Of a stretch of 64,000 nucleotides of DNA, positions 47,033-56,461 are shown piece after piece. This DNA is from Phycisphaerae bacterium (GTDB taxonomy: Bacteria > Planctomycetota > Phycisphaerae > Sedimentisphaerales > UBA12454): assembly GCA_041661665.1 (NCBI GenBank), contig JBAZTW010000004.1:5121-69120 (forward strand), read 5' to 3'. The notes beneath the pieces are model-generated. The model worked only from the letters and a program-made list of their open reading frames with translations. It ran no database searches and was not told where the DNA came from. Position numbers and translations under genes: made by a program. Positions within the stretch are counted from its first letter, which is position 1; each line of letters begins with the position of its first letter.

Positions 47033-47110
47033 TATAATATATATGTTGAAAATAGTGAAAAGATAAACAAATTGTACAAATTAATAAATTTAATGGAGGT
47101 CTAACGGGAT
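47013..47110. repeat. 15-bp perfect inverted repeat (ATCCCGTTAGACCTC) around an AT-rich spacer; third direct copy at 46737-46748
   Basis: atcccgttagacctc 47013-47027 and gaggtctaacgggat 47096-47110. Confidence 0.85.
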
Positions 47111-47564
47111 GGAACAGTTTAAAATCGTCGATGACATTTTGGATTTCGCAATTGAAGGCGAGGTTGAGGCGCACAAATTCTATACCGACCTGGCGGCGAA
47201 AATGCCCGACAAAACAATGAAGCAGGTTTTTCTCGATTTCGCAGCAGAAGAACTTGGTCATAAAAAACTTCTCGAAGACGCAAAGGCAGGCAAAAAAGTT
47301 CTGCTCAAAAAAGAGCATGTCGCCGATTTGAAAATCGCCGAGTTCACCGTCGCAGTAAAACCGACGCCGAATATGAACTTCAAAGACGCTCTGATTCTGG
47401 CAATGCAGAAAGAGAAAAAAGCGTTTCAACTTTACACCAGACTTGCGGGATTGATGACCGACAAAACTGCCGCCGAACTTTTCGCCGCTCTTGCCCAGCA
47501 GGAAGCAAAACACAAACTCCGCTTCGAACTTGAATATGATGATGTCGTTCTAAAAGAAGATTAA
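47109..47564 (+). CDS. Rubrerythrin/ferritin-like protein
   Basis: Duplicated E..E/E..H diiron motifs ('EELGH', 'QEAKH'). Confidence 0.85.
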   Translation: MEQFKIVDDILDFAIEGEVEAHKFYTDLAAKMPDKTMKQVFLDFAAEELGHKKLLEDAKAGKKVLLKKEHVADLKIAEFTVAVKPTPNMNFKDALILAMQKEKKAFQLYTRLAGLMTDKTAAELFAALAQQEAKHKLRFELEYDDVVLKED

Positions 47565-47617
47565 TTTTTTTCTCTGTGAACTCTGCCTGTCCTGAGCGGA
47601 GTCGAAGGGGTGTCTTT

Positions 47618-48529
47618 ATGGCTGAAATTAAACTCTGGTTGAAAGAATTACGATTGCAGTTCTGCGTAGCAAGCGTGATGCCGGTGCTAATCGGCTCAGC
47701 TCTCGCTTATAAACAAATCGGCAATATAAATTATACGCTGGCTATCCTTGCGCTTCTGGCGACAGTCGCGTTCCAAATCGCATCAAATATCGCCAACGAT
47801 TATTTCGACCACCGCAGCAAAAATGATATTCTAAATGAAAACAGAACGCCGTTTTCAGGCGGAAGCGGATTGCTCCCAAAAGGCCTGATAGCCCCAAATA
47901 AAGCACTTATAGCCTCACTGCTGTTTTTCGCAATCGGAGCAAGTTTAGGAATTGCAATTTTAATTATCACAAAAAAACCTGCTGTGCTTGCACTGGGTTT
48001 AGCGGGAATTCTCGGCGGATTTTTCTACACCGCCGGGCCATTGAAACTCGGATACCGAACCACAGGCGAAATCATAATCGCCTTACTCTTCGGCATCCTG
48101 CCTGTTTATGGAGCGTATTACATCCAGACAAGCGTTTGGAATTTGATTCCTCTTTTGCCTTCGCTGGTCGTAGCCGTTTTGATATTTCTTGTGATATTCG
48201 CAAATGAGTTCCCCGATTTCGAGGCTGATAAAGCAGTCAACAAACGCACGCTCGTCGTAACTCTGGGCATAAACAAAGCGGCAATACTTTACAAAGCCGC
48301 ATTATTCATTCTCTTTTTTATCATTTGTATTTGTGGTGGAATAAATCTTAGCCCATCTGGCGGCGGAGTCTTGATAGTCGCACTAAACATATTGGGCGTG
48401 TATTGTTTTATAGCCGCTAATCCCAATAAATTAGCTCAAAAGAACTACACCACATTGAGCAAAGCAACAATCCTTTTACATACATTCGTCTGCCTTGCTC
48501 TTTTTATCGCGATACTAATTAGCACATAA
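47618..48529 (+). CDS. menA: 1,4-dihydroxy-2-naphthoate prenyltransferase (UbiA family)
   Basis: 'NIANDYFD', 'FYTAGP..LGY', 'NEFPD..AD....K.TL.V.LG'. Confidence 0.8.
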   Translation: MAEIKLWLKELRLQFCVASVMPVLIGSALAYKQIGNINYTLAILALLATVAFQIASNIANDYFDHRSKNDILNENRTPFSGGSGLLPKGLIAPNKALIASLLFFAIGASLGIAILIITKKPAVLALGLAGILGGFFYTAGPLKLGYRTTGEIIIALLFGILPVYGAYYIQTSVWNLIPLLPSLVVAVLIFLVIFANEFPDFEADKAVNKRTLVVTLGINKAAILYKAALFILFFIICICGGINLSPSGGGVLIVALNILGVYCFIAANPNKLAQKNYTTLSKATILLHTFVCLALFIAILIST

Positions 48530-48634
48530 CCCCTGCAATACAGGCAGTTTACCCGTATATACTGTTGTATGATGGGTCTTAAATAACATTGAATTTTCGT
48601 ATTGACATTCCGAATATTCAATGTTGGAAGTTCA

Positions 48635-49423
48635 TCACTTTCCAAGTCTGCTTGAGACATTTGTTCTATATTCGCTCTGGCCGATTTTGCCTTCGCCACG
48701 ATAACCTTTTGCGGCAATCTCCTGCTGCAGATAGCCGATTCGGTTTTCAGGATTTGGGTGCGTCGATAAAAATTCAATCGTTCGAGAACCGCTTTGCCTT
48801 TGCAGAATTTCCATCGTCTCAGTCATTCCAAAAGGTGTGTAGCCTGCCTTAACCAAATAATCCAGGCCGATTTGGTCTGCCTGACGCTCGTGTTCTCTGC
48901 TGTACGACATTCCCTGAAGCTGAGTGATAATGCTCGCGGCTGTGCCTGCCATTCCCTCACCGACTGCGCTTACGCCTGCGTTGATTATCAAATCTCTGCT
49001 CATTGTTACGGCAGAGTGCCTTGCGGTTACGTGCGCTGTTTCGTGTGCCAGAATGGACGCAAGCTGCGCCTCGGTGTTCAACACTTTCAGCAGACCTGTC
49101 GTAATATAAATATATCCGCCCGGCAAAGCAAATGCGTTGACTGTATTGGAGTCGATGGCCTTATAACTAAACCCTTCGGTCGGCGTATGGCAAACACGAG
49201 CGATACCCTGGCCGACAGAACCAATATAACTTTGAAGCTGCGTATCTTTTACGCTCTGGCCGAGTTCCTTTTCAACCTGTTTGGAATACTCAAAACCCAT
49301 TTGCTTTTGCTCTTCCGGGCTGTAGAGATTAAACTCATTTTTGCCAGTTACGGGATTAACCTGACAGCCGGCAAAGATAAAACTCAAGCCTGCTGCCGCT
49401 AAAAACAAATATAAATTTTTCAT
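48635..49423 (-). CDS. M48 family metallopeptidase lipoprotein
   Basis: Lipobox FAGC; 'NAFALPGG', HEXXH (HETAH), 'YSREHERQAD', 'STHP'. Confidence 0.9.
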   Translation of the reverse strand: MKNLYLFLAAAGLSFIFAGCQVNPVTGKNEFNLYSPEEQKQMGFEYSKQVEKELGQSVKDTQLQSYIGSVGQGIARVCHTPTEGFSYKAIDSNTVNAFALPGGYIYITTGLLKVLNTEAQLASILAHETAHVTARHSAVTMSRDLIINAGVSAVGEGMAGTAASIITQLQGMSYSREHERQADQIGLDYLVKAGYTPFGMTETMEILQRQSGSRTIEFLSTHPNPENRIGYLQQEIAAKGYRGEGKIGQSEYRTNVSSRLGK

Positions 49424-49581
49424 AAAATCCCTTTCTAAAATTCGATTTCTATTCCATATTAAGTAGCCTTATGTCGCCAAATGTCAAGTTGGAAAAAAAT
49501 TTGTTACTTTTTGCAAAAAAACAGCCACTAACTAATTTATATTGAAATGCACATCATATATAAGATAATTACCCACTTTCT

Positions 49582-50976
49582 ATGGAAAGACTCCGGTTAA
49601 TGCGTAAAAATGTATCGTTGCTGATACTTGCTGTAAGCCTTGTTATGGTCGGCGGTTGTAATACGCCGAAAGAGCAGCTATTGACGTTTGACAGGCACTT
49701 TGAATCATCCGATTATCAGGCTGCGGCAGCGTTCGCTGAAAAAAACATCAAAAACAAAACAAACCCAGCCCGTGAGGATTTACTCTGGACGCTTCAGGCG
49801 GCAGCGGCAAAAAGAGCCTTAAAAGATTACGCCTCCAGCACAAGCGACTTCGACAAGGCCGAGGAATTTTTGAAGTATTACGACCTTCGCTTCTCCGCGG
49901 CGGACGATATGGCCGCGACGGCAGTCAACGACAATATTATTCCGTACAAGGGGCAGGAATACGACGGCGTAATGGTGAATGTATATAAAGCCTTAAATTT
50001 CCTGGCAGAGGGAAATTACGACCTTGCAAAAGTGGAATTCAACAGAGCATTAGACCGGCAGAGAAGAAGCAAAGAACACTTTGAAAAGGAAATAGCCAAA
50101 ACAAAAGAAAGCATCGACAAGGCAAAATACGCCAGCCTCATAAACGACCCGAATACGCAAAAAACTATTCAGAGTCAATATCCAGAACTTAATGAATACG
50201 AGCCTTACAGAGATTACGTCAACCCATTCGTAACCTATTTAGCATCGATATATTTCAACGCAACCGGCGACATCTCGACCGCACGCAATCTGCTCAAAGA
50301 AACCTGCGGCCTTGTACCGGAAAATAAAAGAATAGCTGATGAATTCGCGGAAACGGAAGCGGCTATTTTCACCGGTCGGACAATCAAAAATACCGTATGG
50401 GTTATTTTTGAAAATGGTTTGGGGCCGAGGAAAGATGAGTTCAGAATCGACCTGCCGCTTTTCATAGTAACAGACAGAGTGCAATATGTCGGCATCGCCC
50501 TGCCGAGGCTTACATACAGAGACATCGCGTTTCCATATTTGCTGATTGACGCTAATGACGCCAAATACAACACAACCGTCGTCGGCGATATGGACAGAGT
50601 TATAGGCGCAGAGTTCAAAAAAGATTTTAACGGAATTCTGGCAAGAGCGATAATTTCGACAACGGGCAAAGCCCTTACACAGTACGCGATGACCAACCAG
50701 AATTCCAATGAAGCGGATATTGGTTCGATTATGGTAGCCATATATTCATTCCTCACCAACGCCGCTGATGTGCGAATCTGGACTGCGCTGCCTAAGGATT
50801 TCCAGTTCGCAAGATTGCAAATACCTGAAAATAAAGAGCTTATGATAACACCCGCAGGCGGACAGCCTATTGACATTCACCTGCCGAATTGCGATAATGT
50901 ATTGGTCTATATTAAAATCACACAAAGGGGTTCGACACCGATTTATGAAGTGATTCCTTTTGGAAAAAGATTTTAA
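49582..50976 (+). CDS. COG3014-family lipoprotein
   Basis: Lipobox VGGC (start probably 49600); 'Y.G..YD...N.YKAL', 'AD.R.W..LP..FQ'. Confidence 0.7.
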   Translation: MERLRLMRKNVSLLILAVSLVMVGGCNTPKEQLLTFDRHFESSDYQAAAAFAEKNIKNKTNPAREDLLWTLQAAAAKRALKDYASSTSDFDKAEEFLKYYDLRFSAADDMAATAVNDNIIPYKGQEYDGVMVNVYKALNFLAEGNYDLAKVEFNRALDRQRRSKEHFEKEIAKTKESIDKAKYASLINDPNTQKTIQSQYPELNEYEPYRDYVNPFVTYLASIYFNATGDISTARNLLKETCGLVPENKRIADEFAETEAAIFTGRTIKNTVWVIFENGLGPRKDEFRIDLPLFIVTDRVQYVGIALPRLTYRDIAFPYLLIDANDAKYNTTVVGDMDRVIGAEFKKDFNGILARAIISTTGKALTQYAMTNQNSNEADIGSIMVAIYSFLTNAADVRIWTALPKDFQFARLQIPENKELMITPAGGQPIDIHLPNCDNVLVYIKITQRGSTPIYEVIPFGKRF

Positions 50977-50988
50977 GGAAATACTGAT

Positions 50989-51426
50989 ATGAAAAAGTTT
51001 TTGCTGATGATGTTTTTTACTGTTTCTGTTTTTGTTTTTTGCGGCTGCACCCCCAGCGATAAGAGGGTTAATGCTGCAGTCGGCGTCAAAAGCGACAACG
51101 TCGCGAACAATATCCTGACAAGGCCATTTTACGGAGCATATAGTTTGCTTGCCGGTGAAGGCATTGACATCAAGGATGTAAAAACGTGGAGAAATGATGC
51201 CGGCTTTATGGAGCTTCAGGTCAGTGGCCGCAATCGCGCCGTTTATACCAAACAATTTGAATACAGAGTTGAATGGCTCAATGATAAGGGCGTGCGGATA
51301 GAGGCTCAACAGACTGTCTGGCTGCGGGTTTCAGCAAAGGCTATGTCTGATTTCAGCTTCACCGCCACGGCGCCATCTAAAGATGCCGTTGACTTCAAAA
51401 TTAACACAAGAAAAGCGAAAGGATAA
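50989..51426 (+). CDS. YcfL/DUF1425-like lipoprotein
   Basis: Lipobox; 'F.YRVEW....G', 'A.APS..AVDFKI'. Confidence 0.65.
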   Translation: MKKFLLMMFFTVSVFVFCGCTPSDKRVNAAVGVKSDNVANNILTRPFYGAYSLLAGEGIDIKDVKTWRNDAGFMELQVSGRNRAVYTKQFEYRVEWLNDKGVRIEAQQTVWLRVSAKAMSDFSFTATAPSKDAVDFKINTRKAKG

Positions 51427-51430
51427 AACT

Positions 51431-52042
51431 ATGAAAAAATTAGCAATGTTATTTATCGCAACGGCTTTTATGGCTGGCTGCGAAAAAGTTACGAAAATTG
51501 ACACGACAAACGATGCGGGAAAACAGGTTATGGCTCTGGATTACAGAGACTTCGACCAGGCAGCAAGCGAAATGATTCAATCGCTGCTTCATTCCGGCTC
51601 TCTGAACAGACAAGACGGCGGTAAATATGTTCTGACCACAAGCGTTGTCACAAACGACACGATGCAGAGAATCGACACTGATTTGCTTACTTCCAAAATA
51701 GAAGAAGACCTCAGCAGCAGCGGGCAGGTTGTTATGACCTCCGCGGTCGGAGGCAAGGATAGCAACCGCGACTCTATGGTCAACGATATAAGAGATGTCC
51801 GCGACTCAGCGAAAGGCGATGAATTCGACCGGAACACTATGCCGAACAAAGGCACGCTCATTGCTCCGGATTTGAGCCTGTCGGGAAAAATATATCAGAA
51901 TAATCTTCGCTACGACAAAAAAAATCAGCAGGTCGAGTATTATTTCCAGTTGAAATTAACAGACCTGAAGACCGGCAAACGCTTCTGGCAGAAGGAAGTT
52001 TTAATCGGCAAACGCGGCAGTAACAAAACTGTTGCGTGGTAA
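51431..52042 (+). CDS. lpoB: Penicillin-binding protein activator LpoB
   Basis: Lipobox MAGC; 'LDYRDF..AA..M..SL', 'N.TMQRID', 'YYFQLKL.DL.TG...W'; follows ycfL-like gene. Confidence 0.75.
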   Translation: MKKLAMLFIATAFMAGCEKVTKIDTTNDAGKQVMALDYRDFDQAASEMIQSLLHSGSLNRQDGGKYVLTTSVVTNDTMQRIDTDLLTSKIEEDLSSSGQVVMTSAVGGKDSNRDSMVNDIRDVRDSAKGDEFDRNTMPNKGTLIAPDLSLSGKIYQNNLRYDKKNQQVEYYFQLKLTDLKTGKRFWQKEVLIGKRGSNKTVAW

Positions 52043-52063
52043 TTCAATATCAGGGTAAATAAA

Positions 52064-52963
52064 ATGAAAACGATAAAATACATACTAATGATAATAGTTT
52101 TAGCTGCTGTAATCTCTATTACAGCGACAGATGCTATGGCTCGCGGCCACGGTCATACATCTGTCAGCATCGGCGTGGGGTTCGGCGGCCCTTCTTATTA
52201 TGGCTCTTATTGGTATGGACCGCGACATCATAGGCACTATGATATGGGCTTCTATTATGGCTACCCTTATTATCCCTACTATGATTATCCTGTGGTTGTC
52301 GAAAGGCCGGTCGTCGTCGAAAGACCCGTTGTAATCACTCAGCCGGCGCCAGTAGTAGTGTCGCCGCCGGCGCCGGTAGTGGAAAGGTTAGTGGATGGTA
52401 GAGCTAAAGACGAAGTTTCCAGCAGTCCGCAGACTAACAACCAGACTAACACCCAGACTACTGTAATCTGGATTAAAAACGATAATGGTTCGCAGACGCC
52501 TGTAACGCTTCGGCAGCAGGGAGCGGGCTTTGTCGGGCCATCGAATGAATATTATTCAACATTGCCGACGGAAGATATGCTTAAAGCTCAGTATGGCTTG
52601 AAATCCAATGCGCAGTCTGCTGGTACGGCTGCTCCAGCGGTTAAATCCGAAAGTGTTGTGATATTCATCGACAATGGCAACGGCTCAAAAACTCCGATTA
52701 CTCTGAAAAAAGAAGGTATGAATTACATCGGGCCTGCGGGCGAAAAATATACCACCCTGCCGACCGAAGAACAGCTAAAGGCTTTGTACGGCACAGCCGC
52801 AGACACAAACCAGACTGATTTTAAGGTCGAAATTACAAAAGCTGACGGCAGAAAGGTTGTCGTTGCCCTGAAAAAAGAGGGAACGGAATTTGTCGGCCCA
52901 AAAGGTGAACGCTATCCAACTATGCCTACCGAAGAACAATTAAAGCTAATCTATGGCAAATAA
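52064..52963 (+). CDS. Secreted protein with Gly/Tyr-rich low-complexity region and three ~46-aa repeats
   Basis: Three copies of 'L..EG..F.GP.GE.Y.TLPTEEQLK..YG'. Confidence 0.75.
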   Translation: MKTIKYILMIIVLAAVISITATDAMARGHGHTSVSIGVGFGGPSYYGSYWYGPRHHRHYDMGFYYGYPYYPYYDYPVVVERPVVVERPVVITQPAPVVVSPPAPVVERLVDGRAKDEVSSSPQTNNQTNTQTTVIWIKNDNGSQTPVTLRQQGAGFVGPSNEYYSTLPTEDMLKAQYGLKSNAQSAGTAAPAVKSESVVIFIDNGNGSKTPITLKKEGMNYIGPAGEKYTTLPTEEQLKALYGTAADTNQTDFKVEITKADGRKVVVALKKEGTEFVGPKGERYPTMPTEEQLKLIYGK

Positions 52964-53002
52964 ATAAAACGTAATACTTTAGCCAAGTGTCAAATACGAC
53001 TT

Positions 53003-53162
53003 ATCATTCCCGCGACCCGTGGTGAGCATAGTCGAACCAAAGCGGGAATCAAGTTGTAGGGTGGACTCTTCCTGTCCGCCATAGCCTTGGCGACGGCGGA
53101 AGCCCACGCGGTTGTCATTGCGAGCGCAGCCTGCCATGAGCTTGTCGAATGATCGCAATGAC
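53003..53162 (+). repeat. Array of three different palindromes, each with a nested insert
   Basis: tcattcccgc[..]gcgggaatc; gtagggtggactctt[..]agcccacgcg; gtcattgcgag[..]tcgcaatgac. Confidence 0.8.
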
Positions 53163-53203
53163 AAATGACATTTTTAGAGGTTGCCTTAATTTTTGATTTT
53201 CTT

Positions 53204-54580
53204 CTAATGCTCTGCCGGCTCGCCAAGTATTTTTTCTATTTCAGCAAGCTGCTTATTGAGTACGTCCTTTGTTTTCGCCTCGATGTTAAGCCTCAAAAAC
53301 GGCTCGGTATTGCTCGGCCTGCAATTAAACCACCAATCCTTAAACTGAATTGTAATGCCGTCAAGGTCGTCTGCTTCGCCCTGACCGAACTTTTTGCTCA
53401 GTTCCTTCATCATCGCCTCTTTATCATCGACGGCAAAATTGATTTCGCCGCTCGAAAAATATCTTCGCAATGGCTTGACAAGTTCGCTAATAGGCTGCGA
53501 TGCCCTGCTTAAAACGTTGATTAAATGAACAAGCGTTATAAACCCTGAATCCGCGAAGAAATTATCGCGGTAGTAAAAATGACCGCTCAACTCGCCGCCG
53601 AAAATCGCCCTTGCCGTGCGCAGCGTCTTTTTCATAAACGAATGCCCCACTCTTTCGCGTCTCGGCACGCCGCCATATTTCAAAACTTCCTCACGAACGA
53701 CCCAACTGCTTCGCAGGTCATAAACTATCGCCGCATTTGGCGTTTTTTCGAGAAAATATCTCGCCAAAAGAGCCGTCAGAATATCGCATCCGATAGTCTC
53801 GCCCTTTTCGTCAACCATAATCAGCCTGTCGGCATCGCCGTCAAAACATATTCCAACATCAGCTTTGCGCTTTTTCACCGCGGCCTTAAGCTCGGTCAGA
53901 TTGCTTTCAACCAACGGATTAGGCTCGTGCTTAAACGTGCCGTTGTGTTCAAAATTCAGCCTGATAATCTCAATACCCAACCCCTCAAAAATCAGCGGCG
54001 CCATTTTGCCGGCCATTCCATTCGACGCGTCAATAACCATTTTCAAAGGCTTAACCTTTGCATCGAGAAATTTCAGAATATGCTGCTTATAAGCCTCTGT
54101 AATATCATATTTTTCAATCGCGCCATCCATAACACCGCGCGTATGAAGCAATGCGGTCGATATATGCTTTATTTCCTTAAGGCCGGTATCCTGCCCGACA
54201 GGCTTGGCCTCAAGACCGGAAATTTTAAAACCGTTATACTGTGCAGGGTTGTGCGATGCCGTAACCTGAACGCCGCCGCAGGTGCCGAGATGATTTATCG
54301 CGAAATAAATCTGAGGCGTATCAATCATTCCGATATCTATTACATTCGCGCCTGCTGCGTTCATACCAGCTATCAGCGCATCGGCCAAACCCTGACTGTG
54401 CGTCCGCATATCGTGGCCGACACATAAACTCTGACGATTCGCCAAACCACGTTCATAACCCCGCAAAAGCGACCGCAAAAATGATGCTGTCGCGTTGCCT
54501 ATCTTCCACGCGGCATCTTCGTTTAACTGGTCGGGATAAAGTCCTCGAATGTCATAAGCCTTAAAAATTTTCGGGTCCAT
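53204..54580 (-). CDS. Phosphomannomutase/phosphoglucomutase
   Basis: 'IFKAYDIRG', 'TASHNP', 'FDGDADR', 'GELSGH'. Confidence 0.93.
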   Translation of the reverse strand: MDPKIFKAYDIRGLYPDQLNEDAAWKIGNATASFLRSLLRGYERGLANRQSLCVGHDMRTHSQGLADALIAGMNAAGANVIDIGMIDTPQIYFAINHLGTCGGVQVTASHNPAQYNGFKISGLEAKPVGQDTGLKEIKHISTALLHTRGVMDGAIEKYDITEAYKQHILKFLDAKVKPLKMVIDASNGMAGKMAPLIFEGLGIEIIRLNFEHNGTFKHEPNPLVESNLTELKAAVKKRKADVGICFDGDADRLIMVDEKGETIGCDILTALLARYFLEKTPNAAIVYDLRSSWVVREEVLKYGGVPRRERVGHSFMKKTLRTARAIFGGELSGHFYYRDNFFADSGFITLVHLINVLSRASQPISELVKPLRRYFSSGEINFAVDDKEAMMKELSKKFGQGEADDLDGITIQFKDWWFNCRPSNTEPFLRLNIEAKTKDVLNKQLAEIEKILGEPAEH

Positions 54581-54723
54581 TAGGTATCTCCATAAAATAT
54601 ATACTGTTGCGGGAATTGTACTTACGACCATACAGAAGGTCAAATGAAAATATCATAACGCAAAAAGTTTTGACTACTGATTACTGGCTATTGACTACCG
54701 GCTATGGTAGAATGCTCCGCCTT

Positions 54724-55758
54724 ATGGATAAAGATTTAAAGAATAAAACGCTGTCAGAACTTGAGCAAATCACCGCGAAATTCGGCGTAAAACCGTATAT
54801 CGCCAAATATATCTTCACGTTTATTCACCAAAAAGATGCCGCCGATATCAATAACTTAACCACCTTGAGCAAAGATTTACGCGCATCGCTGACAGAGGCA
54901 GGCTATTTCATCTCACAGCTCAAAATCGTCGAAAAACTCTCCGACCCGGACGGAACAGAAAAATATCTCTTTGAAACCTCCGATGGGCAGAATATCGAAT
55001 CCGTCCTGCTCGACGAAAGAGAGCGAAAAACAATATGCCTTTCAACGCAAATCGGCTGCCGGCTCGGCTGCAAATTCTGCGCAACGGGCTATCTTAAATT
55101 CAAACGCTCGCTGACTGCAGGCGAAATCATCGACCAGGTCAACGCCATTTCTAAAGACGCCAAATGCAAAATAAACAACATCGTCTTTATGGGAATGGGC
55201 GAACCATTCGAAAATTATGACAATACCATAAAAGCCGTGCGAATTTTAGCTCATCCGTTCGGCAAAAACATCGGCATCCGAAGACAAACCATTTCGACAG
55301 TCGGAATTCCCGCAGGCATAAAAAAACTCGCCGATGAGGATATCCACCCGCGCCTGGCCGTTTCGCTGCACGCGCCGGACGATGAATTGAGAAAACAAAT
55401 CGTACCAGCCGCCAATAAATATCCGTTCAGCGAAATTTTAAACGCATTAAAGTTATATAACAGCAAAACAAGTCGCAGAATAACCATTGAATACTGTCTA
55501 ATCGACGGAATAAACGACAGCAGCGAATGTGCAAAGAAACTCGCTGCGGTTTTAGCCCCTCTCGACACAAGCGTAAATCTGATTGAGTACAATCCGCATC
55601 CCGGCTGCGACTTTTTGCCGGCAAATCGTGAAAAGATAAAACTTTTTAAGGACATCCTGATGCAGCGGGGCTTTGAAACCATAATTAGATTTCGCCGCGG
55701 AACAAACATTAAAGCCGCCTGCGGCCAGCTCGGCGCAGACAGAATAAAGACAGAATAA
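54724..55758 (+). CDS. rlmN: 23S rRNA m2A2503 methyltransferase
   Basis: 'STQIGC.LGCKFCATG', 'FMGMGEP', 'SLHAP', 'AACGQL'. Confidence 0.93.
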   Translation: MDKDLKNKTLSELEQITAKFGVKPYIAKYIFTFIHQKDAADINNLTTLSKDLRASLTEAGYFISQLKIVEKLSDPDGTEKYLFETSDGQNIESVLLDERERKTICLSTQIGCRLGCKFCATGYLKFKRSLTAGEIIDQVNAISKDAKCKINNIVFMGMGEPFENYDNTIKAVRILAHPFGKNIGIRRQTISTVGIPAGIKKLADEDIHPRLAVSLHAPDDELRKQIVPAANKYPFSEILNALKLYNSKTSRRITIEYCLIDGINDSSECAKKLAAVLAPLDTSVNLIEYNPHPGCDFLPANREKIKLFKDILMQRGFETIIRFRRGTNIKAACGQLGADRIKTE

Positions 55759-55761
55759 AAT

Positions 55762-56418
55762 ATGACCACGCTTCCCAAAGGCATTATCTTCGATATGGAC
55801 GGCGTTTTACTCGATTCCGAACCGTTTATCACAAAGGCCGCAATAAAAATGTTCGCTGAACTCGGCCTGAAAGTTCAGCCGCACGACTTTCAACCATTCA
55901 CCGGCACTGGCGAAGACCGTTTTCTCGGAGGAGTAGCGGAAAAATATAATTTCCCATTTAATGTCGAAACCGGCAAGAACCGCACCTACGATATTTACCT
56001 CGAAATCATCAAGGACAAATTAAGTCCGCTAAACGGCGCATGGAAGTTCATCGCAAAATGCCGAGCGGCAGGTAAAAAACTCGCCATCGCCTCAAGCGCA
56101 GATATGCGAAAAGTAAAAGGCAATCTTGCCGAGATAAAAATCAACCCGGATACTTTTGACGCGGTTATTACTGGAAGCGATGTTGTGCATAAAAAACCTG
56201 CGCCGGACATTTTCCTGCTTGCCGCACAGAAAATCTGCCTTGCCCCGAAAGATTGCTTAGTGGTCGAAGATGCCCCCAGCGGAATAGCCGCGGCAAAAGC
56301 GGCAGGCTGTAAATGCCTTGCGATAACATCAAGTTTCACGCCAGATAACCTCCTCGGTGCTGATTTCTATGCCCAGGATTTAGCAAACGTACCAACCGAT
56401 GCGCTAAAGTGGAAATAA
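55762..56418 (+). CDS. HAD-family phosphatase (beta-PGM-like)
   Basis: 'FDMDGVLLDSE', 'KPAPDIF', 'VEDAPSG'. Confidence 0.9.
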   Translation: MTTLPKGIIFDMDGVLLDSEPFITKAAIKMFAELGLKVQPHDFQPFTGTGEDRFLGGVAEKYNFPFNVETGKNRTYDIYLEIIKDKLSPLNGAWKFIAKCRAAGKKLAIASSADMRKVKGNLAEIKINPDTFDAVITGSDVVHKKPAPDIFLLAAQKICLAPKDCLVVEDAPSGIAAAKAAGCKCLAITSSFTPDNLLGADFYAQDLANVPTDALKWK

Positions 56419-56461
56419 AAAACAATTCAAAAAAACTAATTTGACTGATGCCTGCAGATAT

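Noticed and set aside
47576-47617. N-terminal extension MNSACPERSRRGVF of menA
   Set aside because: It is a translated repeat (cctgtcctgagcggagtcgaagg); the ATG at 47618 fits the family start
52387-52438. Second in-frame palindromic insert (gttagt...actaac)
   Set aside because: Only a 6-bp terminal IR and no second copy in the window
54607-54723. N-terminal extension of rlmN
   Set aside because: It covers heptamer repeats (tgactac)n and a TAGAAT -10; start at 54724 is more plausible
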